A stretch of DNA of 63,200 nucleotides, counting the filler, from Stramenopiles sp. TOSAG23-3 (taxonomy: Eukaryota), in NCBI GenBank assembly GCA_900128585.1. It is 14 parts of 14 records of this genome, joined end to end, with 100 filler letters (N's around TTAATTAATTAA, not from the genome) between each part and the next. Parts side by side here need not be neighbours in the genome. Positions count along the whole stretch, not along the records: positions 1 to 4,445 come from LT643827.1; positions 4,546 to 8,989 come from LT643828.1; positions 9,090 to 13,531 come from LT643829.1; 11 more parts are not named here. One strand, given 5' to 3'. Positions 1 through 13,057 of the stretch are shown one piece after another. Under the pieces are notes generated by a model. It was not told the origin of the DNA. It did not search any database and saw only the letters and a list, made by a program, of their open reading frames with translations. The position numbers and the translations under genes were made by a program. The number at the start of each line of letters is the position of its first letter. The stretch's first letter is position 1.

Positions 1-374
1 ATTTATTAATAACAAAATACATCAACATAGCATACAATTATTAAAGAAACAGTCGATATATACATACACACAGCATTGTATTATTGGAGTACTCTTTGGA
101 GGAGGAGGAGGTAGAAATAATAATAATAATTTAAAAAAAAGAAGAAGAAGAAAATATATAGGAAAGGCCCTTTGGTTTTAAAATTTCTTCCTCCTCCTCC
201 TGTACTCCTGTATCCGTGATCTGTATTTCATTATTATTGTTGTTCTGGGTTAAAGAAGAGAAGGTCAAATCTTCTTCAAGTTCAAAGTTCGTTCCCAAAA
301 GTTTAAAGTAGTTTTTACTTAGTTTGTACAGTTTTGAATTAAGCATTGATGGTGCGCTGCACGATTTTCTTCCT

Positions 375-1850
375 TCACTCATTTTTTTTATGATCAAAGG
401 ACACCGCTATAACACGTTCAATGCTCATTGAATCAGGGTTGAGTTTTACATACGCAGCGTGTTGGAGGAATCGCCCTGTCTTCACATCAATTAAACGTTT
501 CTTCAATTGTAACCATTCGGCTATGTGGCACACAAACGTTTCCATCTGTTTGTTTCCGACGCCTAGTGACTCTAGCTTGCTGCTCAGGGGGAAAACCTTG
601 TTTAACGCAGGCACAAGCTCCGCGTACACAAGCGTTTCTCCAAAGCATTGCTCGTGGCCATCGTGCCACGTTCCCAACAATGATGCGTCTGCTATCAGAA
701 TCAGGCGGTACATGCAGCCCTCTTCTTGGCTCGCAAACATTTTAAACATCGCATTCCATTGTCCACCATTCCATGGAAACAACGCAAATGGGGTGCAGGG
801 CCAATCTTCTGGAAGTACACCACGATTTGTACCAAACGCTAATAAGCTTATCCACAGCCCAAACCATGCCCACATAACCCATTCGAACGGCACAGTCCCC
901 ACCGTGACAGGCCCTTCGTTCACTGCTGCGCCAGGCGCCAAAAAGGCAATCCAATAGGCTGCACAATTCGGCAAAAATGCAACTCCGATAACCAGCGATT
1001 GCGAAACCATAATTCCAAGATGAAGTAGTATTGAAGCAAAAAATACAGGAACCCGCAAGCTTGGTAAGAAAAGGGACAATGGAACGATCACTATCTCGAA
1101 CATTATTGTTGCGAGGCCAAGCATGCCCACGGATAGTTTCGCAAAGGCGCTGCTTTTGTTTGATAGCACTTTGTTTAAAACGAGGAGCCCGGGTCCCTCA
1201 ATCGATCGTGGGCGCTCCCCATAACTTTCCAAAATGCTCATCAGGGTATTCGGTTGCGCCCATTCGTACAGCCCTCCGATGCACACTTTTGCCAGTCCAC
1301 TCCCAGCCAACATAATGGCACACGCGAATAGTGCAAAAGTGCAGCAGAACGAATTGTCCCCGTTTTTCGAAAAAATTGGACTGGCAACAAAACCCCACGC
1401 CAAGTACATGTTTGTAAAGTCCCTGTGCGAGTGTGTTACTGAAGACTCTGCAAGCTGGTACAACGACATCCATGTGGCGATGATGATCCTGCGTCCTGCA
1501 CCCATTGCGTCAACAGGAGTGGCGACAGCGCAGTAGACCAGAAGCACAGGCAATCCGTGGCAGAGTGCGTTAAACATTAACGGACAGTAATTTGGGTTCA
1601 ACCGGAGTAACATATCCTTCGGAACAAGGGTGGGACGGGTCGCAATGGCGTAACCTTTACACCGTGCGTGAAAGTCGTGTCCAGTTGTAATCGACATAAT
1701 TCCCCAGCATGCAAATACTAAAACGCCGCTAAAAAGGTAAAAGGTACGACAAGTCTTTGATTCGACATCTTCGTTTTCAAACCCTTCTACAAAAGCGTAC
1801 AAAATTGAATCGCTCCAACCGTTCAACCCTGCTGCAATGTGCTCCAACAT
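375..1850 (-). CDS. Multi-pass membrane protein, HTTM (vitamin K-dependent carboxylase-like TM) domain-like
   Basis: ~490-aa ORF with many hydrophobic segments; motifs SGLAK..GG..W, FE...P, LHLGI and WP.TPF resemble HTTM-family proteins; first ATG at 1850. Confidence 0.5.
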   Translation of the reverse strand: MLEHIAAGLNGWSDSILYAFVEGFENEDVESKTCRTFYLFSGVLVFACWGIMSITTGHDFHARCKGYAIATRPTLVPKDMLLRLNPNYCPLMFNALCHGLPVLLVYCAVATPVDAMGAGRRIIIATWMSLYQLAESSVTHSHRDFTNMYLAWGFVASPIFSKNGDNSFCCTFALFACAIMLAGSGLAKVCIGGLYEWAQPNTLMSILESYGERPRSIEGPGLLVLNKVLSNKSSAFAKLSVGMLGLATIMFEIVIVPLSLFLPSLRVPVFFASILLHLGIMVSQSLVIGVAFLPNCAAYWIAFLAPGAAVNEGPVTVGTVPFEWVMWAWFGLWISLLAFGTNRGVLPEDWPCTPFALFPWNGGQWNAMFKMFASQEEGCMYRLILIADASLLGTWHDGHEQCFGETLVYAELVPALNKVFPLSSKLESLGVGNKQMETFVCHIAEWLQLKKRLIDVKTGRFLQHAAYVKLNPDSMSIERVIAVSFDHKKNE

Positions 1851-2460
1851 ACCCACCAAAGGTCCATGGGGGGGGGGGGGTATTTAAAAACAATATAGCG
1901 TCGCTCAGTGTGCTTCCCCCTAGTAATCAAACAGGTGGTTAAATGAAAATTCGGAACAAAGGAAATGGTTTGAAGACGAAAATAAGTGGAAAAGATATTT
2001 CAAATTGAAACAAACAACTGGGGACGAGGGACGAGGGACGGACGGCGGCGGAGAGGAGGAGACGTTTTTCAGAAAGTGATGATAGAAGACGACAGACACC
2101 AAGACACCCCCTAACCCCCCCCCCCCCACTCTTCCAATATTTATAATAAACGGTGCTCTGATAATGTATAATAATAATAATAAATGTACAAAAAAAAATA
2201 CACATTGTTGAATTTAAATTAATAATAATATTATACTATTGCCTGTATATATTAATACGTACTACCTACCAGTAAACAAATAATACAACGCAACAAGAAG
2301 AATCATCAAATGAGGTCAAGTTTTTCTACCAACCACATGGTGGTTGGTGGTACGATAATGTGTCGGATTTAATAACTACTGACTAAATTTATTACAATCT
2401 AAAAACAAAAAAAATCATCAGAAGATACTTCGAATTATTTATTTTCTTTCTTCTGTCTAT

Positions 2461-4023
2461 CTAAAAAAGACCCAATCGTTGAATATCTTGCAGTGCGAAG
2501 CGTACGCTTCTGCTAGTTGACTGTGATGCCGCAGCATGAACGCGTTTTGCCTCGGTTACCAATTTGCCACGCAACCTTCCTAGTGTATGCTGTCTTTCGG
2601 CTTTGTAGTAGGCCGTCATGAAAGATTTGATTTCGCCAATGAGTTCCGAATCAGTGGGAGGCACCGCGACCACGGCCCGCAATTCCTTCTCTTGTGATCC
2701 ATTCTCTGGTGCGCTCGCGTTTCCCTGACTCGTGCCGACCCGCATAAACTCGTGATAGTCGATTTTAAAGTCACCGTCTAAATCAAAGATGTGCGTGATT
2801 TCGGCGACGTCCTTTTCCAGACCACCGTAGCACTTCACATACTGCGACAGTTCGTCCAACGTTATGGTTCCGTCGTTGTTCTGGTCAATCGCACGAAACT
2901 GCTCTTGAAGGGACGTGGCAACTGCGGGGCCATGCTCTTTGAAAGCATTTGCAACGGAGTAAGACAATGCGCGAGTGACTTTGCTATGCGTAACGAACGT
3001 TTTCATGGCCGCCCGCGCGCGCGGGCCGTGAATGTTATGTTTGCGCTTGGCGCGAGGGGAGGCAGTTCCCGTTTCGCTGCCTCGGCGCACGCCGCGCCGG
3101 CGGGGCGTGGAGCTGAACGTGCGCTCATGCTTTACTGACAGACACTTGGCGTTGGTGAATTTCGCGATCCACTGGTGGGCCAAGGCCTCTGTTGCGTTTA
3201 TGCGTTTGAAGGGGTCTACCTCCAGCATGCGGCGAACCATGTTCTTGCAGTCCTGTGACACGCGGGTCCATTCTTCCTCGCGAAACGACCACTTTCCGTT
3301 CTGTATGTCGAGCTGGTTTGAGAATGGTTTTTCCCCGCTAACCATTTGATATAGAATTACCCCAAGGGACCACAAGTCACACTGGCTATTGTACCCACGC
3401 GTGCGTGCAAGGATTACCTCCGGGGCCATGTACGATATTGTCCCCATTACTTCCCGAAGCCCACCCGAGCGCCCCGAAGAGTCGTAAATTTTCGACGCTC
3501 CAAAGTCCACCACCTTGACCTCTGCCTGATCGATGTCCTTCACCGGGGCCTTGAGCAACAAATTTTGTGGCTTCAGGTCACGGTGAATGACATTGTTTTC
3601 GTGACAGTGCTGGACGGCAAGGAGCGTCTGGTGCATGACGTGCGCACAATCGAACTCAGACATACCATGTTGAAGAAGATCGAAGACTTCACCGCCAGAA
3701 CATAGTTCCAGTACCAAGTGCATGTGAATTCGGTTTTCGTAGTGCCCGACCAAGTCGAGGACGTTCTTGTGGTGCAGGCGTCTCATTATTCGAACCTCTT
3801 TCCGGAGGGTCTCTAAATTTCTGACGCGACGCTTTGGAATTTCTTTCACAGCAACCTCCGTGCCATTACCCCGCGACGTAGCTCTATACACGCATCCATA
3901 GGTGCCCCTCCCAAGCTCTTCCCCAAGTATAAAATCGTTCTGAACGTTTTCTTTTGGTGGCGGGTCGTTACTGTTTGCGGAAGGGCCACCACCAAAGGTA
4001 AACGAGGACGTAAACATTGCCAT
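2461..4023 (-). CDS. Calcium-dependent protein kinase (CAMK/CDPK-like) with two EF-hands
   Basis: GRGTYG, VAVK, HRDLKPQN, DFG, APE, DLWSLG kinase motifs; EF loops DQNNDGTITLDE and DLDGDFKIDYHE; ATG at 4023. Confidence 0.9.
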   Translation of the reverse strand: MAMFTSSFTFGGGPSANSNDPPPKENVQNDFILGEELGRGTYGCVYRATSRGNGTEVAVKEIPKRRVRNLETLRKEVRIMRRLHHKNVLDLVGHYENRIHMHLVLELCSGGEVFDLLQHGMSEFDCAHVMHQTLLAVQHCHENNVIHRDLKPQNLLLKAPVKDIDQAEVKVVDFGASKIYDSSGRSGGLREVMGTISYMAPEVILARTRGYNSQCDLWSLGVILYQMVSGEKPFSNQLDIQNGKWSFREEEWTRVSQDCKNMVRRMLEVDPFKRINATEALAHQWIAKFTNAKCLSVKHERTFSSTPRRRGVRRGSETGTASPRAKRKHNIHGPRARAAMKTFVTHSKVTRALSYSVANAFKEHGPAVATSLQEQFRAIDQNNDGTITLDELSQYVKCYGGLEKDVAEITHIFDLDGDFKIDYHEFMRVGTSQGNASAPENGSQEKELRAVVAVPPTDSELIGEIKSFMTAYYKAERQHTLGRLRGKLVTEAKRVHAAASQSTSRSVRFALQDIQRLGLF

Positions 4024-4445
4024 CCTTCTGGTCGTCGTCGAAAAATATATACGTGTGTATGTGCGTATAGATTGGCGCACCTTTGCTTTTAAATGAAAAG
4101 TCCCTATGGTTCAAATAGTATAATATTTATCCTTTCTGTTTGCAAAGGAGAAGAATAGCAAGAATCACCCTCTTTGTTCTGAATCAACCCTGAAAATCAA
4201 CAAAACAAATAACCAAGGAGCTGAACAACTTGTGGAGGAAGGAGTTTCGTCGTGGTGTTGTTTGCAAACCCTACTATATGATGTGTTTATGTTATTTTAT
4301 TATTATGATTCTTCATCATCATCAGATTATTTGTTGTTCCTTCCTTCCTTACAGCTAAATAGCATTATTCATAATTCTAATTATTTTCTCCCCTATCATC
4401 TAACTATCATCATCAAAAGAAGAATGAATATTTATTATAATCTAT

Positions 4446-4545
4446 NNNNNNNNNNNNNNNNNNNNNNNNNNNNNNNNNNNNNNNNNNNNTTAATTAATTA
4501 ANNNNNNNNNNNNNNNNNNNNNNNNNNNNNNNNNNNNNNNNNNNN
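4446..4545. other. Artificial contig spacer N44-TTAATTAATTAA-N44; also at 8990-9089, 13532-13631, 18073-18172, 22610-22709, 27141-27240, 31656-31755, 36167-36266, 40675-40774, 45183-45282, 49690-49789, 54197-54296, 58702-58801
   Basis: Identical 100-nt spacer with stops in all six frames; intervening contig lengths never increase along the window. Confidence 0.99.
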
Positions 4546-4913
4546 AGGAATAAAGGAATGAAAGGAAGGGGGTTGGTTAGGAAGAAAGAAGGAATAAAAA
4601 CCATGTGTTGTTTATATCAACGTAAGTATCTCTCTCTCTCTTCTTTTCAAAAAAAATAAATTACAGTATGTGTTTGTAAGTTTAATTGTTGATCGTTTAA
4701 GATTTTTTGATTCAATTTGAATAATAATTGCAAGAAAGAACGTTTGGACCTTGCAAACCATTGCAACCGCCTTTTCATATCTCTCTCTCTCTCTCGCTCG
4801 GTTCAGTCGCACACGCCTTACTCCACTGTGAAACGCGTGCGCTTTGTTGTTCCTGTTTGCTGAAGTCCACCGCGTTTATAAATCGTTGCGCCTACTTGTA
4901 AGACTAAACGAAC

Positions 4914-5615
4914 ATGCCAGGCTCGCCAAAAGAAAAGATGGCGACGAAAAAGTCCCGGTCCCCGGGCGGTGGGATATACACAAAGGCCCGCGACGAGAGG
5001 CGCCGTGCGGAGCGCGACGAGCAGCTGCTGGCCAACCGGATCGCGCTTCTGAAGCAGGAAGAGGCGAAGGCGTGGAAGAAAATACAGCAGACAAAGGTCC
5101 GTGCGGAGCAGGTCTTGCAGCTGCGGGAAGAAAATAGGAAACGAGGCAACGAGGCGAAGCGCATCATCAAGCAGCAGAAGCGAGAGGAGAAGAAGCGTCT
5201 TCTGGACAAAATGCAAAACCGCGACGCTGTGTCGAAAGCGAACGCCGATAGGGAGTACAGGGTCAAGCGCGAGTCCGTCGCACAAATGAAGCGGGACAAG
5301 GCGAACGTCCAGCGCGAGAAGACGGAGGTCTACCAAGAGATGATCAGTGTGGCAAAGTCCAGGGTAAATAAAATCAAACAGCAGAAGCAAAAGGCTTTGG
5401 CAAAGAGAAAGGATCGCGAGCAGGCTATCATAGAACGGAACAAGCGAATCCACGACGAGAAGATTCAGAAGGAGGAGCGTGCCCTTCGCAAGCGAGAGGC
5501 AGAAGTTCGAAAGATGGAGAAAAGGGAGCGTGAGCTGATCGAACGGTTAAAAAGGACGCAGGAGCTCCAGCGGGAGGCCTACGAGCAGTTGGAAACGGCG
5601 CTGGGGCAGGAGTAA
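4914..5615 (+). CDS. Charged coiled-coil protein of unknown function (possibly flagellar/cytoskeletal)
   Basis: 233-aa K/R/E/Q-rich ORF, gene-like codon usage, segment QLLANRIALLKQEE. Confidence 0.7.
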   Translation: MPGSPKEKMATKKSRSPGGGIYTKARDERRRAERDEQLLANRIALLKQEEAKAWKKIQQTKVRAEQVLQLREENRKRGNEAKRIIKQQKREEKKRLLDKMQNRDAVSKANADREYRVKRESVAQMKRDKANVQREKTEVYQEMISVAKSRVNKIKQQKQKALAKRKDREQAIIERNKRIHDEKIQKEERALRKREAEVRKMEKRERELIERLKRTQELQREAYEQLETALGQE

Positions 5616-5964
5616 GGGGAGTGTGGCAATATAGTCTGACGCGATCGGTCGCGCGGGGGGAAGGGCCGCAGTCGGGACACGAATGCAACGTGGGGCACAA
5701 CAGAAGGTTTGCACCACCACCACCCCGACGACGTGACCTCGTACTTGTCGAAGTAAAATTTATCTCGAGTACTCGTAAAGAAATTTTAAGGACCGTATAG
5801 GAAGTACGTACAAAACACCTCTGGTGCATTTATTCAGTGCTCTTACTCTCTTTTTCGTACCATAAGATTCTTACCACACACCTTTTTCTTTTCTGCATGC
5901 TGGCTTCTATTCTCCCCCATACTCGTGCACGTGGACGCCCGCCCGCCCCCCCCTTTCTTGTCAT

Positions 5965-6864
5965 TCATTGCGCCTCGTTCACGCACGCGGAAGCGTACGA
6001 TACGCTGCTGTCGCTTCCCGTTCGACACTGACTGGACTGCGCGTACTTGGTAAACTTCACGCTGTATTTACATGCGCTGGACCCGTCCAGCAGTTGCAGC
6101 AGTACCCCGATCGGGTGCCGGCCACATATAGTGTTCTTGTACCGCTTCAAGTACTCGTTGAATCCCTTTGCATCTTGCTGCTCTATCAGGGCCATTCCTT
6201 GGTGGTCCAGCCACTCGATAGACTTGTAGATGTCCCCCCCGAACGTTTGCTCGTCGTGGTACTGGAAGGAGAACCGCCTCCCCCAATGGCAAAAGTCCGA
6301 ACTGATTATGAACAGGGTGTTCGGATCGTCAAAGTACGGCTGGAGGATGCCAGCGTACGCTTTTTCCTCCTCTATGTCTATACTGCCCACCAGGACGGGG
6401 ACTACCGTAAAGCTGCCCTGCCGCCCGTCCATCAGCTTTGCAACGTACGGGAGGTGCATCTCGATCGAGTGCTCCTCCTCGTCCTGCGTTTTTGTCATGA
6501 CGTCGAACGCGCCCGTCTTTGCCAGCTCTTCGCACACTTTTCTATCGACCGGGAGCGCGCCGATGGGGGTTTCGTACACGTCACACCGGCTCAAGGCGCA
6601 CCCAGGGAGATAGTAGTGGTGGGACGGGCCGAGGATGAAGATACGGTTGTACCTCGATGCGTCCACGTTGCCGTATGCCCACGCAGCCGTCGGCCCAGAG
6701 TACGAGTACCCCGCGTGCGGGGCTATGATCGCTTTCGCCCCATACTGCGGGCCTTTCGCACCACCATCCCCAGCGTTCCGCAGCCAGTTCCCTAGCTGCC
6801 CGTGCAACGTCCCCGGCTGGTCCGTGTACCAAGACCCCGCGTGGGAGGCACAACGACACGCCAT
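5965..6864 (-). CDS. MEMO1: MEMO1 / AmmeMemoRadiSam protein B family
   Basis: ASHAGSWY, IIAPHAGYSYSG, ILGPSHH, EHSIEMHLPY, SSDFCHWG, NTICGRHPI, SSVSYAS. Confidence 0.95.
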   Translation of the reverse strand: MACRCASHAGSWYTDQPGTLHGQLGNWLRNAGDGGAKGPQYGAKAIIAPHAGYSYSGPTAAWAYGNVDASRYNRIFILGPSHHYYLPGCALSRCDVYETPIGALPVDRKVCEELAKTGAFDVMTKTQDEEEHSIEMHLPYVAKLMDGRQGSFTVVPVLVGSIDIEEEKAYAGILQPYFDDPNTLFIISSDFCHWGRRFSFQYHDEQTFGGDIYKSIEWLDHQGMALIEQQDAKGFNEYLKRYKNTICGRHPIGVLLQLLDGSSACKYSVKFTKYAQSSQCRTGSDSSVSYASACVNEAQ

Positions 6865-7172
6865 TGCGTTTTTCAAGCCGCCGACCAGCTCACACTGCCC
6901 TTACCCAACGACGCAACGAACTAAAACCCGCGCGCCTGTTTGCAGAAACTTAAAGGAGCGGAAGGGTGGCCTTTTGTTGAAAGTATGGGAAGAAAGGTGG
7001 TAAATTTGATGTATGGGTTCGCTTGTTTTGTTTTATTTTTTTGCTTCATTTAAGATTTCATTCCAATTTTATATAAAATGTATTTTTAATGTTGTAAAGT
7101 AGGTCGGTATAGAATCAAGGCTTCTTTGTAATTTTAAAGGTAAGTAAATTTTATTTTCTTCTTCTTCTTCTT

Positions 7173-7299
7173 NNNNNNNNNNNNNNNNNNNNNNNNNNNN
7201 NNNNNNNNNNNNNNNNNNNNNNNNNNNNNNNNNNNNNNNNNNNNNNNNNNNNNNNNNNNNNNNNNNNNNNNNNNNNNNNNNNNNNNNNNNNNNNNNNNN
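7173..7299. other. Scaffold gap within a contig
   Basis: N run without spacer, flanked by (TTC)n/(GAA)n. Confidence 0.9.
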
Positions 7300-7841
7300 A
7301 AAAGAAGAAGAATGAAAAGAAGAATGAAAAGAAGAATGAAAATTTTTTGTTTTATAATATATAGACACAGCATAATTATCTTAAATACTGTGTTAAATTA
7401 AATTATTCATTATTTATTCTCTTTTTTTTTCAGCAGAGGAGATTCGTTCTTATTTATATTTTTATACCCCAGCAGAAAGGAAGAAGAAGATGATGATGAT
7501 CTTTTCTTGAAGAAGAAAATGAACGGGTGGCATCCAGTTTATTAGGGTCAATACACTTTTAGAATAAGTGTCTTCATTTATACAATGATTTTTAAACTTT
7601 CAATGATATAAACAGATCATATTCATTGGTCATTGGAACGCATACGCAATATTATATTTCGTTGGGTGTTCGGGGGAGGTTGGTGTACTTGGATAAGTTC
7701 ATCCAGAAGCAAACGTATTCGCGCCATAAACGATGCCATGTCGTCTGGTCCATGAAAACAATGTTTCCAGCGTTACTTAAAACTAGATGGGATCTCTCTC
7801 TCTCTCTGCGGCACCGAGTCATCCGTCGCAGCCGACATCTA

Positions 7842-8711
7842 CTATGTTCGCACCACCTCCTCCACCCCCCCACAATCCCCCCGCCGTGTGTACGAAATCA
7901 AATATTTGTCTGTAAACATCGTCATCTCGTCATGGCGGTTCCCAAACATGTCCTCGTACGCCTCACCCTCCGTGGGAATACAGTAGTCGTAGCCCCCGCG
8001 CCGGAACGCCTCGTGTAGTTTTGTAATGTCAGCGGACCGGAGCTGGAACGAGATCAAAAACTGGGCACCAGCATATTCTTTGGAGAGAAGGCGGTCGACG
8101 GTTGTCAGGAGATTGCGGCACATTTCCTCCGTGATCTCGTCGTACACAATGTCCGACGCAATGATCATATCGAACCCTTCCCCCCGAACTGTACCCTGCC
8201 TCAACTTCTCGATCTCCACCTCGTCGCCCCAGCACAGCGTGCTGTGCCTGCATTTGGCATCCAAAGCAGAATAATTATTCTTCGCGTTTACAATGGCTCT
8301 CTCGACCGCCCCTGGGTCGCCGTCCGTCAGGACCACGACGTTCTCGCCGTTGGCCCCTCGGCCGATAGCGGCAGCGCACACTGCCCCACATAGTCCTAGG
8401 CCACACCCGAGTTCCAGAACCGATACAGCCCCCTCCCCCTTTACTTTCCAATCATGGGACAAGTGGTCAGCAAGGAGCCCGGAGCACGGCCAGAGCGCCT
8501 CGCCCGTAACTTTCCCGAACGTCGTCAAGTCCACCAACCCTTTCATATCAACGCCCCCAAACTCCAACGTTCGCTCTGCAGTCCCGTCCCTGCCAGTGTA
8601 CTTATACTCGTGAACAATCTCACGGGGAACACTGGGAACATATTCGCCCTCGTCACACTCTCCGCTTCCACCCTCCTCGGTCTCAACTGCCTCACTCGCA
8701 ACAGAAGCCAT
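7842..8711 (-). CDS. Class I SAM-dependent protein methyltransferase, METTL21/family 16
   Basis: TG..LWP, VLELGCGLGLCG, LTDGD, LCWG, FDMIIASDIVY. Confidence 0.9.
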   Translation of the reverse strand: MASVASEAVETEEGGSGECDEGEYVPSVPREIVHEYKYTGRDGTAERTLEFGGVDMKGLVDLTTFGKVTGEALWPCSGLLADHLSHDWKVKGEGAVSVLELGCGLGLCGAVCAAAIGRGANGENVVVLTDGDPGAVERAIVNAKNNYSALDAKCRHSTLCWGDEVEIEKLRQGTVRGEGFDMIIASDIVYDEITEEMCRNLLTTVDRLLSKEYAGAQFLISFQLRSADITKLHEAFRRGGYDYCIPTEGEAYEDMFGNRHDEMTMFTDKYLISYTRRGDCGGVEEVVRT

Positions 8712-9737
8712 GGCAAACAAACACCGCAGAACCGTATACGTCTACCCACAAACAGAACACAACCCTTTCGTTTATTATATGCAGCGCGCGAACTATACGA
8801 CTCGCTTGTGTTTTTATAAAATTATTATTCAAACGCACAAAGGAAAAATTGTTTCTACCTCTTGTTTTTCCTATTTAGTAATAACAATAATTTTTAAAAG
8901 AGAACTAAAAATTATTATTAATATTCGCAAAACGAGCAACAAAGTATTCATCCCGAAGAAAGGGAAACACAAAAGATACATAAAATAAANNNNNNNNNNN
9001 NNNNNNNNNNNNNNNNNNNNNNNNNNNNNNNNNTTAATTAATTAANNNNNNNNNNNNNNNNNNNNNNNNNNNNNNNNNNNNNNNNNNNNGGGGGGGAGGG
9101 AAGAATTAACTGTTTTTTGTTTTTCTTAATTATAACTAATGCCCTATTAATTAAACGGAAAAAGTATAAATAATTGTATTCTATTTTTTTAAAAAAAGAA
9201 GTATTTTATAGCAGAAGATCTCAAATCTCAAATTCAAAATAGAAGATTGACTCTTGATTCAAATAGCTCCCTAAAGGATTGATTAAAAGGAACACAGCAC
9301 TATTTCTAATCAAATCAATTCTTTCATCTCAACAAATTACTACTACTACCTGCTATTTAATGTATTAGTATGGATGGAAGGAATCAATTCTTTTTTCTTT
9401 ATTTTTCGAACTAAACTAAAAAAAAAGAAGAAAAAAAATGGACGAAAATTATCTTTTACTGTCTACTTTAACAGGTTCATATCATAAGAAACAAGACAAA
9501 AAAAAACACGCACAGAGAAAAGAGAAGAGACCTTTTTGGGATCATCTTTTTGCTTGTTGATTCAGTAAACGGTGTCGTTTTAGCGGAGGCAACATTGTAT
9601 ACGTATCGATTGGTTGTAGCGAAATGGAATGAACAGAAAAGTACGCGTTTGATACGAAAACTTCTCCTCTTCTCATTGAACCAGTAGTCCGTACTAACAC
9701 TTTACTGTAACAAATAAAACCTCATTATATTTCTTAG

Positions 9738-12149
<2,412 letters not shown>

Positions 12150-12583
12150 AGTGGTGCTGTGAAGCTTTGTTCGGAAGAAGATCGGCGGGAAGGTGCATTG
12201 AAGTGATGTACCCTCCAGGAGGCCTTTCGGCGAGAACACTCGAAATGTAATATCATACTTACTTGTATGAAATTCGGATTTATTATCATCATATATAAAT
12301 ACTTACTACCAAGGTATGATATTATTATCATTAAGTTTATGATACCTACTACACTCAGACCCTTACTTAATGAGATATTGAGAAAACATATTTTAAGATG
12401 TTATAAATATTATTTTCACAGAGAGAGTTTCGTGATATTAGGCAACACGTATCAACCTTCTTTCAAGTATGACAGCCGAAATGGATCTCGAATCTGTGTT
12501 CTGACAAAAAAAAAGGTAATTCTTAAGCGCAAGAACTTACGCAACTCATTTGTGATAGTGGTGCGATTTTATACTTTAAAGCT

Positions 12584-13057
12584 CTATTCAATTGAAAGCG
12601 ACTTTTTTTGTGCCTTTGACAGCAAGTCATCTTGTTCTGCCAACAGCCTTGACATTTCTTCCTCACTTCGTGCCCTGCTGAAAAACTTTCTCTTTTTGCG
12701 AGAACGACTAATGGCACTATTCCGACGAACTAAGCGTGACGTTTTATCTGAAGCACTGGCTTTCTCTGATTCATCAGTTTCTTTCTGCATTCGGGAAGAC
12801 ACCAACTTTGCGTAAGAGAAGAAACCCAATCGTTTGGCGGCAGAAATAATGTCCCGAGAACTAAGAAAAGCCCCCCTATCGCTGGAACTTGCTGCTTCAG
12901 AAGATATCATCTTTATTGTTTCTATTATACTATCTACTAATACGTTCACTAAATGTTTTTCCACTATGACTATGGACGGGAAATTATCCCCCTCCAAATA
13001 TTTTGAAACTGCACGCCTGACGGTACCTGCGGGGACATTGCTGGAGGTTTGTGGCAT
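12584..13057 (-). CDS. DR1: Divergent negative cofactor 2 beta (Dr1/NCB2), histone fold
   Basis: VP.GTV, IKMISSEA, AAKRLGF.SY and C-terminal EEE..RLLAEQDDLLSKA follow the Dr1 pattern (LP.ATI; EFI.LISSEA; AL..LGF..Y; EEELL..Q..LF..A); ATG at 13057. Confidence 0.7.
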   Translation of the reverse strand: MPQTSSNVPAGTVRRAVSKYLEGDNFPSIVIVEKHLVNVLVDSIIETIKMISSEAASSSDRGAFLSSRDIISAAKRLGFFSYAKLVSSRMQKETDESEKASASDKTSRLVRRNSAISRSRKKRKFFSRARSEEEMSRLLAEQDDLLSKAQKKSLSIE

